Source of the DNA: an uncultured Actinomycetes bacterium
GTDB lineage: Bacteria; Actinomycetota; Actinomycetes; S36-B12; CAIYMF01
NCBI GenBank assembly: GCA_963753075.1
Contig: CAVWAR010000003.1
Coordinates: forward strand, 8,299 to 72,298
Reading direction: 5' to 3'
DNA: 64,000 bases
Part shown: positions 8,849-17,597 of the stretch, in pieces
Layout of the letters: the number at the start of each line of letters is the position of its first letter
Numbering within the stretch: the first letter of the stretch is position 1
The notes under the pieces: generated by a model
Seen by the model: the letters and a program-made list of their open reading frames with translations, nothing else
The model's database searches: none
Told to the model about the DNA's origin: nothing
Position numbers and translations under genes: made by a program

Positions 8849-9307
8849 CTGACCTGCGACGATACGGAGCCGACGCCCGGACTCGAACCGGGAACCACCT
8901 GTTTACAGGGCGGCTCACAAGGGTCTATGGCGTCATTCCGGGTTCGAACATCGTGCTCCGGGGTGGTCGAAACCGTCCATCGGATCGCGCTGGGTTCAGG
9001 CACGTAGTGACAAGTTAGTTACAGGCGACTGGCAGGAATCGGACACCGGGCGCCGGCAGGAAGCCAGGCCCGACAGCGGCCTCGCCGCGCCGAGGTTTGC
9101 AGCCTGGCCGTCGCAAGATCGGCAGCCGGTCTGGCTTCCGATTCTGCCGCTACGCCGCTACACGACGAGCGCCCGTCCGGGAATCGTGCTCAGACGGCCC
9201 AGATCGCACCGTCCGACGTGTAGCGGGACCTCCTGCTTGTAGCGGGCAGCAGCGCCCACCCGGACAACCACAGCGATAGCGAGACCGCAGGGCGCCCATA
9301 GCGCCCA
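8849..9307 (-). repeat. 459-bp non-coding module, copy 1 (direct repeat of 41813-42271)
   Basis: Aligned base for base with copy 2 at a constant offset of 32,964 bp. Five substitutions (8865, 8908, 9084, 9279, 9299). No credible ORF. Dense nested complementarity. Confidence 0.9.
8865..8983 (-). ncRNA. tRNA-like / tmRNA-TLD-like domain at the 3' end of the 459-bp module (copy 1)
   Basis: Minus strand: CCGAUG (8983-8978) pairs with CGUCGG (8875-8870). GAC-GGUUUCGAC D-loop-like segment. GACCACC (8968-8962) pairs with GGUGGUU (8899-8893). Canonical T-arm CCCGG-UUCGAGU-CCGGG (8892-8876), then C-U-CCG (CCA in copy 2). No anticodon arm, so not a canonical tRNA. Confidence 0.45.
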
Positions 9308-9497
9308 CTATGACGCGGCCCAATGCGGGCATCTGGGGGCCCTACTGGGCGAGTCTCAGCGTTGCCCGATCGGGCGCCTCGCCCCCCTGCGACCAGGCAG
9401 GACGTTCGGGACTTCTGGTCAGTAGCCATACTCCCGAAGAGACGGGCCGAAGACCAGTGTCATCGGACCCGAAGGCAGGACCATCGACTGCCCTCTT

Positions 9498-9514
9498 GGC
9501 CGATAGGCCGCCTA
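9498..9514. repeat. short GC-rich motif family member (CGATAGGCCGCCTA), cut by IS630
   Basis: GGCCGATAGGCCGCCTA ends at the TA where the IS630 left end begins. An intact version would be the palindrome CGATAGG-CCG-CCTATCG. Confidence 0.5.
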
Positions 9515-10558
9515 CTAGTGTCGTGCGGCATTAGTTCCTTGACAGTTGCGTGGGGGTGCGGGATGCTGTGGCATGCCGTTGATGACGCAGGTGCTGCAAC
9601 TGGATGACGACGACCGGGCGACCTTGGAAGCGTGGTCGAGGTCGACCGCGATCCGGGCCGGGTTGGTGACCCGGGCGCGGATCGTGCTGGCCGCAGCCGA
9701 CGGGCTGGGCACGACGGAGACCGCCCACAGGGTGGGGGTGTCGCGGCCAACGGTGATCCAGTGGCGCGACCGGTACCTGGAGCAAGGCTTGGCCGGGTTG
9801 GACGACGCGCCGCGGTCGGGGCGGCCGAAAGAGGTCGACGAGGCCGCGATCCTGGCCGCGACGCTGGACCCGCCGCCGGAGAGGTTGGGGGTGACGCACT
9901 GGTCGACCCGGCTGCTGGGCGCCCACCTGGGGATCTCGGATGCCACGGTGGCCCGCTGCTGGCGCAAGTACCTGCTGCAGCCGTGGCGACGGGGTGCGTT
10001 CAAGTTCTCCACCGACCCGCAGTTGGAGGCCAAGATCCGCGATGTCGTCGGGCTGTATCTGAACCCGCCGACCAACGCGATCGTGCTGTGCGTGGATGAG
10101 AAGTCCCAGATCCAGGCCCTGGACCGGACCGCCCCGATCCTGCCGATCCGCCCCGGGCTGCCGGAGAAGGCCACCCACGACTACAAGCGCAACGGCACCA
10201 CGACGCTGTTCGCCGCCCTCGAGGTGGCCACCGGGAAGGTGACCGATCAGTGCTATGACCGGCACGGCAAGGCCGAGTTCCTCGATTTCATGAAGAAGGT
10301 CGCCCGCGCCTACCCCGACCAGGAACTGCGCGTTGTCGTGGACAACTACCACACCCACAAGCACGCTGAGATCAACGCGTGGCTCGAGAAGAACCCACGG
10401 ATCACGCTGCACTTCACCCCGACATCGGGGTCGTGGCTGAATCTGGTCGAGGTGTTCTTCGGGATCATCACCCGCCAAGCCATCCGCCGCGGCACCTTCG
10501 CCAGCGTCAAGGAACTCGTCACCGCGATCAGCACGTTCATCGACGGCTGGAACGACCG
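9515..10558 (+). mobile_element. IS630-family element, 3'-truncated
   Basis: Left end follows a TA dinucleotide (9513-9514), the usual IS630/Tc1 target. The transposase ORF stops matching the family at about 10558, where otsB-like sequence starts. No right inverted repeat present. Confidence 0.7.
9573..10558 (+). pseudogene. IS630-family transposase, lacking the C-terminal ~25-30 aa
   Basis: MPLMTQVLQLDDDDRATLEAW..., HTH (RPTVIQWRDRYLEQG), DDE region (CVDEKSQIQALDR ... VVDNYHTHKH ... HFTPTSGSWLNLVE). Ends at ...FIDGWNDR and then reads out of frame through otsB-derived DNA. Confidence 0.8.
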
Positions 10559-11308
10559 CTGGCGGAGTTCCTGGACTTCGACGGCACGCTCTCCCCGATC
10601 GTCGAGCAGCCCGAGGCCGCCGCCCCCGCCACCGGTGCCACCGAGGCCTTGCGTCGGCTGGCCGCCCTGCGCCCAGTCGCGATCATCAGCGGACGCGACC
10701 TGCCCGACGTTCGCCGTCGGGTTGGTGTCGACGGGATCTGGTACGCCGGAAGCCACGGGTTCCAGTTGGCCGGCCCAGCTGGGCAGACCCATGAGTACGA
10801 GGGCGCTAGCGCAGTCACGGAGGCCCTGGATGAGGCCGAACGCGAGCTCCAGGAGCGCCTCGGCGACATTGCCGGTGCGCAAGTCGAGCGGAGGAAGTAC
10901 TCCGTGACGTCGCACTGCCGCAGGGTGTCTCCGGATCGCGCCGGCGAGGTGATCGACGTGGTTGCCGAGGTCGCCTCGCTGCACCCCGAGGTTCGTGCGA
11001 CCAAGGCGCGCAAGGCCGCAGAACTCGTACCGGACCTGACATGGGACAAGGGCCACGCCTTGCGGTGGTTGCTCAGACAGTTGGCACCGCCCGAGGTGCG
11101 CCTGACGCCCGTCTACGCCGGCGACGACCTGACCGACGAGGACGTCCTGGAGGCGATCTACGACGTGGGGTTGGGGATCGTCGTCCGCAGCTCAGAGCAC
11201 GGGGATAGTGAGACGGCCGCCCGCGTGGGTGTGGATGACCCTGACCAGTTGGTCGCGGCGCTGGGGCGGATCGCGGACCTGGTGCAATCCCGCGAGGTAG
11301 CGTCCTGA
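10559..11308 (+). pseudogene. otsB: trehalose-6-phosphate phosphatase (HAD, OtsB-like), 5'-truncated at the IS630 junction
   Basis: Frame of ORF 10379..11308 reads LAEFLDFDGTLSPIV (DxDGT HAD motif I), ISGRD (motif II), KG...YAGDDLTDED (motifs III/IV). No start codon or native N-terminus; everything upstream is IS630. Confidence 0.65.
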
Positions 11309-13694
11309 TGTCGTCGTGGGAGTTGCGCTACGACTCGTACGACCCGACTGACGAGGGGCTGCGGGAAGCCCTGTGCACCCTCGGGAACGGCTACTTCGCC
11401 ACTCGCGGGGCGGCACCCGAGACATCGGCCGACGACACCCACTACCCGGGGACCTACGCGGCCGGGCTGTTCAACCGGCTGTCGGAGGAGGTGTCGGGGC
11501 GGGTCATCGACAACGAGAGCCTTGTCAATCTGCCGAACTGGCTGCCGCTGACCTTCCGGATCGAGGGGGGGCCGTGGTTCGACATCGACGCCGTGGAACT
11601 GCTCGAGTACACCCAGCGCCTCGACCTGCGTTCGGCGGTGCTCGTCCGCCGGCTGCGGTTCCGCGACGGGCAGGGCCGGACCACGTCCGTGGCTCAGCGT
11701 CGGATCGTGAGCATGCGCAACCCGCACGTCGGCGCTCTTGAGACCACGATCCTCGCCGAGGACTGGTCCGGGCAACTCGAGATCCGCTCCGCGATCGACG
11801 CGGGCGTGAAGAACTCGCTCGTTCCACGCTATCGCGCGTTGGCCAGCGTCCACCTGGACCTGCTCGGGACCTCCTGCGCGCACGGAAACTCCGGCCGTCG
11901 ACGCCCAGACCACGACGTCACATGTGCGCGTGGCCGTGGCCGCCGGACAACTATCCACAGCAACGGTGACGACGTCGGCCCGAGAGCCAGCGCATCGAGC
12001 CGGGGCACCGGGTCGGCCATGACCTCAGCGTCCGCGCCGAGGCGGGCCAACCGCTCACCGTGGAGAAGGTGGTATCCATCTTCACCAGCCGGGACGCCGC
12101 CATCGAATCCCCGGCGAGCCAGGCATGCCGCATGATGCCGCGGCTGGGCCGGTTCGAGGACCTTCTTCAAGAGCATGTCGTGGCGTGGCGGCACCTATGG
12201 GACAGATTCCACTTCGAAGTGGACGGCAGCGACGACGAATTCGCATCCTTCGGCTGCACGTGCTCCATCTGCTGCAGACGCTCTCGCGGCACACGGCGGA
12301 GATCGACGTCGGGGTGCCCGCACGGGGGTTGCACGGCGAGGCCTACCGAGGGCACATCTCTGGGACGAGATCTTCGTGCTCCCACTGCTCAACCTCCGGC
12401 TCCCCGAGGTCACGCGCTCGCTGTTGCTGTATCGCTACCGCCGGCTGGGCGAAGCGCGGTACGCGGCCCGGGCCGAGGGGTTCGCCGGGGCGATGTTCCC
12501 GTGGCAGTCCGGCAGCGACGGGCGCGAAGAGACCCAACAGGTCCACCTCAATCCCCTGTCGGGACGCTGGAACCTGGATCCCACGCACCGACAGCGGCAC
12601 GTCGGTATCGCCGTTGCGTACAACGTTTGGGAGTGCAACGAGGCCACCGAGGACCGCGAGTTCCTGATGGACTACGGCGCCGAGATGCTGCTGGAGATCG
12701 CCCGGTTCTGGGCCTGCATCGCCAAGTACGACAAGATCCAGGACCGATACGTGATCGAGGGTGTCATCGCCCCGACGAGTTCCACTCCGCCTACCCCGGG
12801 TCCGAGGAGGCCGGGCTGCGCAACAACGCGTACACGAACGTCATGGCCGCCTGGGTCGTGGAACGCGCCATCGAGGTCTTGAGCATCCTGCCTGAGCGCC
12901 GGGCCCACGAGTTGCGCGAGACGCTGGAACTGGGGCCGACAAGGCTCGAGCGCTGGCGCGACATGACCCGCAAGATGTCTGTGCCGTTCCACGACGGGGA
13001 GATCATCAGCCAGTTCGAGGGGTACGAAGACCTCAAGGAGTTGGACTGGGACGCCTACCGGGCCAGGTACGGCGATATCCAGCGGCTCGACCGAATCCTC
13101 GAAGCTGAGGGCAAGAGCCCGAACGACTACAAGCTGTCGAAGCAGGCCGACGTCCTCATGCTCTTCTATCTGCTGTCGGTGGGCGAGGTGCAGGAGCTGC
13201 TCAGTCGGCTGGGCTACACGCTCTCGGACCAGGCCGTGACACGCACGATCGAGTACTACGAGGAACGCAGCTCGCACGGGTCCACCCTGAACGCGATCGT
13301 CCACGCCTGGGCGATGGTGCAGACGCACCCCGAGCTCGCCATCGAGTTCTACGAGAACGCCCTGATCTCCGACGTTGCCGACGTCCAGGGGGGCACGACC
13401 CGCGAGGGAATCGACCTGGCCGCGATGAGCGGCAGCGTTGACCTCCTCCAACGCTGCTTCGCCGGCTTGGAGACACGTGCCGGGCGCCTTCTGCTCGACC
13501 CGACATGGCCGGAGAGCCTGGGCACGCTGACGTTCTCGATCGTGTATCGCGACCTGCCGTTGACCATCCGAGTGTCATCGGACGTGGTACAGGTCACCGC
13601 GGCGTCCGGCATGCGGCGTCCCATCGAGGTCGGGTGCCGGGGCCGAGTCCAGCAACTGGACGCGGGCTCGAGTGTGCAGTTCGCGCTGACCTAG
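11308..13694 (+). pseudogene. glycoside hydrolase family 65 (trehalose/maltose/kojibiose phosphorylase-like), multiply frameshifted
   Basis: GH65-like segments sit in alternating frames: MSSWELRYDSYDPTDEGLREALCTLGNGYFATRGA... (11308), [25 protein letters not shown] (12060 frame), [14 protein letters not shown]...[11 protein letters not shown] (12125 frame), [11 protein letters not shown]...[15 protein letters not shown] (12175 frame), then PDEFHSAYPG...LLDPTWPESLGTLTF to stop 13694. At least five frame changes lie between about 11880 and 12780. ATG overlaps the otsB stop (TGATG). Confidence 0.8.
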
Positions 13695-13699
13695 ACCGG

Positions 13700-14079
13700 G
13701 ACCAGCGCTCCTGTAGATAGGTTTCGATCAGGTGTTCGAGTGCGGGCGGGATGGGGACTGACCGGTGCTTGTCGCCCTTGCTGTGCCGGACCGACAGCTG
13801 GCGTTCGCCGGGGGAGCCCTCCACATCGTCCACGGCCAGCGCCAGCAGCTCGGCGTGACGCAGCCCGGTCAGCGCCAGAGTGGTGATGATCGCGAAGCCC
13901 CGGGTCGGCCACGCCCGCCGGGCGGGGATGGCACCGGTCTGCAGGGTGGTGATCAGGGCGCCAAGGTCGGTGTCGGTGAACGCCGAGGGGGCACCACTGC
14001 GGCCTTCGGTTTGGGCAGCACGCCCATCGGGTTGCCGGTGATCACGCCGCGGCCAGCAGGTGGGCGAAGGTGTCAGCAC
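13700..14079 (-). pseudogene. tyrosine integrase fragment (central/catalytic part only)
   Basis: ...AIITTLALTGLRHAELLALAVDDVEGSPGERQLSVRHSKGDKHRSVPIPPALEHLIETYLQ is the box-I Arg region of phage-type integrases. The C-terminal HxxR..Y part is missing on this strand. Confidence 0.6.
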
Positions 14080-14149
14080 GTCCGGGCGGCGGAGGCACTG
14101 CGCGTGGCGTTGATGTCGTCGGGGCGGTAGGCGATGGGCACGGTCGAGG

Positions 14150-14374
14150 TCAATGCCCCTGGCCGCGGTGCTCCGCGGCTGCGGCGCGGGCCTCGGACTG
14201 GGGCATCAGCTCGCTCTCCAGCCCGTGGCAGTGGCAGAACCACTTCGCGTTCTGCGGACCGAATGAGACGGCCTCGATGTCATGGCCGGGGCACGGGGCA
14301 TCGGACGGATGCCGGTGGTCGCGGGCGTGGACGGCAGCAGTCGCGGCGACGACGACGAAATGATCGATGGCCAT
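14150..14374 (-). CDS. small Cys/His-rich hypothetical protein (74 aa)
   Basis: ATG preceded by strong GAGGAGG Shine-Dalgarno. High GC3. Contains CPGHD...WFCHCHG, a possible metal-binding motif. No family recognised. Confidence 0.5.
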   Translation of the reverse strand: MAIDHFVVVAATAAVHARDHRHPSDAPCPGHDIEAVSFGPQNAKWFCHCHGLESELMPQSEARAAAAEHRGQGH

Positions 14375-14789
14375 TGGTCCTCCTCAGCGCCAGCCTGTCG
14401 TTGATCTCGCCAGTTGCCGGGGGCCAATTCACTGGCTCACCCAAACGGAGTAGTCACGCCGGGACGTCGCGGCTACCCGGCCGAGGCTTCTCCGGGCGAT
14501 GGCGGCGTTGTTGCCCGTGACGGTCACGAATCCGCACGCCGCTTCGACCTCGGGCCCCATCGAGCCCTTGAGCAGGTCGAAGGTCCGCCAGCTCACCCGG
14601 CGACACCGTTCCTGAAGCGCGGTTGCTTGCGCCTGACCCGCTGGCGCAGTCCCAGCTGACGGTCGACTTTCCGGTCACAGGACTCCGTGACCGAGAACCC
14701 GGAGCAACCACCTGCGGATCAAGAGCCGGCGCCAGCGTGGTCATGAGCGAGGGTCACCGAAAGCGGATCGACCGGCGGCTGCCTACCCG

Positions 14790-14990
14790 ATGGTGCAGCG
14801 GGTCGCCGAGTCTGCACGGATCCCTCAGCACATCGGCCCGGACTCGCTCCGGCGCGCCGCGGTCACCAACGCCCTGGACGCCGGCGTCCCGCTGCGAGAC
14901 GCGCAGATCCTGGCCCGGCACCACACCGTGCCGGTCGAGGCTGCCGCGGGCGCGGTCGTAGTGCTCGGTGGTGCGTGGGTCGGTCACTTC
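14790..14990 (+). pseudogene. tyrosine integrase C-terminal remnant with internally inverted last segment
   Basis: Plus strand reads ...RIPQHIGPDSLRRAAVTNALDAGVPLRDAQILARH up to about 14925. The expected continuation DPRTTEHYDRARGSLDRH is encoded on the opposite strand at about 14990-14930. Confidence 0.55.
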
Positions 14991-15046
14991 CTCACCGCAC
15001 ACGTCGCCGGCGCGTGAACGAGGTTGCCCTCGCAAGACTTCGCAAG

Positions 15047-15406
15047 ATGACTACATCGTCCGACAGACGGTATGCTGCTGTCGTGGGCGAAGCGATCCAG
15101 TGGGACTCGGCGGCCATCGCGTACATCCGCTCCCGTGGCGAGCGCTACCCCGACGGCGTCGGCATCGAACCGCAGTGGACTCAGGAGGTCATGGCAGATG
15201 TGGACCTCCTGGCCCTCGAACCTGATCCGAAGTCCCGAATGGGGGCTTCGCGGTTCATCGGCCGCTCCCGATCCGCCGGACGGGTGCTCGTCGTGATCGC
15301 TTATCGCGACATGGACGGTGACCTGCACGGCATCAATGCCTGGCCCGCAACCGGCGGGGACCTGAAGCTGTACCAGCAAGGAGACGATGATGGCCAAGAC
15401 GATTGA
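15047..15406 (+). CDS. putative toxin (BrnT-like), upstream partner of an RHH antitoxin
   Basis: 119 aa from ATG 15047 (a GTG near 15083 is an alternative). IQWDSAAIAYIRSRG...PDPKSRMGASRFIGRSRSAGRVLVVIAYRDMDGDLHGINAWPATGGDLKLY resembles the BrnT-type layout. Overlaps the next gene by 20 nt. Confidence 0.45.
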   Translation: MTTSSDRRYAAVVGEAIQWDSAAIAYIRSRGERYPDGVGIEPQWTQEVMADVDLLALEPDPKSRMGASRFIGRSRSAGRVLVVIAYRDMDGDLHGINAWPATGGDLKLYQQGDDDGQDD

Positions 15407-15635
15407 TCCAGCACTTGCCGAGCGACTCCGCCGCGAGTCCGAACAGACCAAGGACGACGCCTACCCCGCCGGCACGGCGGGCCGGCGGCCGAACCGCCAG
15501 AAGGTCTACTCCGTCCGGCTGAGCGCCGAGGAAGAGGCTGAGGTCCAAAGAGTCGCCGCGGCCAAGCACCTACCCGCGTCAACGCTTGTCCGGTCCTGGA
15601 TCCTGGAACGACTCGACCGAGAACGCTCCGCCTGA
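15387..15635 (+). CDS. ribbon-helix-helix (CopG/BrnA-like) antitoxin
   Basis: 82 aa. KVYSVRLSAEEEAEVQRVAAAKHLPASTLVRSWILERLDRE is a typical RHH beta-strand/helix-helix motif. Confidence 0.6.
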   Translation: MMAKTIDPALAERLRRESEQTKDDAYPAGTAGRRPNRQKVYSVRLSAEEEAEVQRVAAAKHLPASTLVRSWILERLDRERSA

Positions 15636-15727
15636 CCTGCCCCACGCCGCCGCCTGTCGGCATGCGGGCGACCAACACTGCTGTCTGCTCAGATTCGGGT
15701 GAGCGGATCGGCTCGCGCAAGGAACGC

Positions 15728-15751
15728 GCGTCCTTTCGCCGCCTATCGCGC
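15728..15751 (+). repeat. short GC-rich motif family member
   Basis: GCGTCCTTTCGCCGCCTATCGCGC, identical over 24 nt to 22991-23014. Confidence 0.7.
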
Positions 15752-16061
15752 ACCGTGCGGAAGGCATGACAGCGCCCAGATTGACGCGGCACCGAATATG
15801 GGCGGCTGGTGATGGCACGGGTGTCGGCCGGACGGTTCCGCCGGCCCGACCCGGTGACCCGGGCCTCGGTTGAGAGCAACTGCTGGTGCGCGCGGCCCGC
15901 TGGGTGTGGCCACGCAGGCCGTGCGGTATCACGCGATCTGGTCAGCCGAACGACACGGCTCGAGGGGATGGAGATCCACAGGGCGGCGAGGGACTCGCCG
16001 CTGACCTCCCCCCAAGCCTGAAATGCTCGCTCGGCCCTGCCCGAGTTGGGGTGGCCCGGCC

Positions 16062-17594
16062 TCAGGGCGCGGGGGTGCATGTGGGGTAGGGCTGGGCGTT
16101 GCCCCCGACGAGGAGGTTGAAGAGCTCGGTGAGCTCCGCGCAGGTGCGTGGGCCCAGTTTCGGGTTGAGTGACGACTCCACGTCGAGCAGTCCCCAAGCC
16201 ATCGTGCTGGCAGCGAGCTCGACTCCACGGTCGCCCCAAGCGACGTCCGCGGAGGCCCAGGACTCGAGGCCGGCCAGTTCGAGGAAGGCCTTCCGCGTGT
16301 CGGTGCTGACGTGGTCGTCGATCCAGGCGTGTGCCAACTGGTGCAGGGTAGTGGTCCTGGCGGCGTCGGTCCATCGGTCGCAGCCGTCGCCCACGCAGAT
16401 GGCGGTCTGGAAGCAGAGGGTCACCTCTCGGTCCGCGATCAGTCCGACGAACTCGTCGCACTTGTCAGTACGCCTCTCGAGGAAGGTCACGCTGTTCACC
16501 ACGGGCGTGGGGAGCCCGGCGGCGGTGAACCTGCCGAAGGCCCATTCGACCAGCCCGCTCAAGCCCTCTGTCCCGTTGAACACCTCCACCGCGTGACCCG
16601 CCAGGGCCAGGGTGTCGGTCAGCTCGATCGTGACAGCGGGCGGGAGGGTCACCTCGTCCCACCACCCGGCAGGGAGCACACCGCCGGTGCACCGGACCAG
16701 GTCGTCTACACGGTGGTGACGGTGCCCGGCGACGATGAGTCCGTCGGCGTCGAGGTCGAGCACGATCGCCAGGTGACCCGGGCACCCGCGGCCGTCGTCG
16801 ACGGTCACGAGCAAGACCTGGGTCTCCAGCGGCGGCGGGTCATCCCGCCAGGTCGGGTTCCCGGCCGCGAAGTCGGCCGGTCCGCCGAAGTCGGCCAGCG
16901 AGTCCAACGTGACCCCGGGCAGCCCGCCGGCAGCGACACCGGCCTCGGCAAGAGTCCCGATCTGTGAGACTCCCGCCCGCCGCACGTCCGCCATGCTGTC
17001 GCGCACGGTGGCGTCCTGGGCATAGAGGACCTGCGCGGCACTGGCATCCGCTGACGCCCATGCGGCGATGTAGTCGCGTGCGCGCTGATGGATCTCGAGG
17101 CGGCGGCTATCAGGCGCCCCATTGCCCGTGCGCCAGGACAGCTCCGACCCGGCATACACCTCGGAGGTGATCCCGCGGGTACCGATCTGTTCGATGAACG
17201 CCGCGTGGAACGGGCTTCTCTCCTCGGGCGAGATCAGCGCCAACTCGACCGCCCCGCTCTGCGACAGGTAGATCGGTGCCGCTGCTGAGCGCACCAACCT
17301 GTAGGGACTCCACTGGGTGGCCACGTACGCGAGGGCGGCCTCCTGGCCCACGACCGTCTCGCGGAGCGTGAGGCCGCCGTGGTCGAGAACCACGTCCGGG
17401 TCGAGGAACGGGCGCAGGTTGATCACACCCTGTCGCTGGGCGTCGTGGAAGTTGGTGAACCACTGCTCTGCCACCGTGGGGGTCGGACTGGACCCGGAGG
17501 GATCCGACTCGGCGGGCCCGCCACACGCCGCACCCGCGGCGAGCGTCAGGCCGACGAGCACTGTCACCAGGCGCCGGGACCACGACATGCCCAT
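16062..17594 (-). CDS. lipoprotein of unknown function, tandem paralog A
   Basis: 510 aa. Lipobox LTLAAGAAC. Two NTF2/SnoaL-like-looking N-terminal segments. C-terminal LHQLAHAWIDDH (HExxH-like with Gln in place of Glu). Confidence 0.6.
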   Translation of the reverse strand: MGMSWSRRLVTVLVGLTLAAGAACGGPAESDPSGSSPTPTVAEQWFTNFHDAQRQGVINLRPFLDPDVVLDHGGLTLRETVVGQEAALAYVATQWSPYRLVRSAAAPIYLSQSGAVELALISPEERSPFHAAFIEQIGTRGITSEVYAGSELSWRTGNGAPDSRRLEIHQRARDYIAAWASADASAAQVLYAQDATVRDSMADVRRAGVSQIGTLAEAGVAAGGLPGVTLDSLADFGGPADFAAGNPTWRDDPPPLETQVLLVTVDDGRGCPGHLAIVLDLDADGLIVAGHRHHRVDDLVRCTGGVLPAGWWDEVTLPPAVTIELTDTLALAGHAVEVFNGTEGLSGLVEWAFGRFTAAGLPTPVVNSVTFLERRTDKCDEFVGLIADREVTLCFQTAICVGDGCDRWTDAARTTTLHQLAHAWIDDHVSTDTRKAFLELAGLESWASADVAWGDRGVELAASTMAWGLLDVESSLNPKLGPRTCAELTELFNLLVGGNAQPYPTCTPAP

Positions 17595-17597
17595 CGG

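Noticed and set aside
8893-8918. Resemblance of GAGCCGCCCUGUAAACAGGUGGUUC (minus strand) to group II intron domain V
   Set aside because: It is about 9 nt too short, with the bulge on the wrong side and no GNRA loop. The 459-bp unit is too small for a group II intron, and no RT or IEP is nearby.
8865-8983. Calling the 3' domain a canonical tRNA or the chromosomal tmRNA (ssrA)
   Set aside because: I could not build a cloverleaf: there is no anticodon arm and the first acceptor pair is mismatched. For tmRNA the body between the tRNA-like halves is only about 62 nt, with no pseudoknots or credible tag ORF (only GCC-GCC-CTG-TAA). It is kept as tRNA-like only.
8818-9003. 61-aa ORF (and its twin inside 41686..41967) overlapping the tRNA-like domain of the repeat
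   Set aside because: About two thirds G/C at third codon positions by my count, well below neighbouring genes. It has a GTG start with no Shine-Dalgarno, and it spans a canonical T-arm. Two substitutions between the copies are too few to argue for purifying selection.
9097-9279. 60-aa ORF identical in both repeat copies (also 42061..42243)
   Set aside because: TTG start and Arg/Pro/Gly-rich low-complexity translation, typical of a wrong frame in GC-rich DNA. It lies across the strongest predicted helices.
9546-10907. 453-aa ORF in the ORF track
   Set aside because: It is a chimera: an IS630 transposase up to about 10558, then an out-of-frame read-through of otsB-derived DNA.
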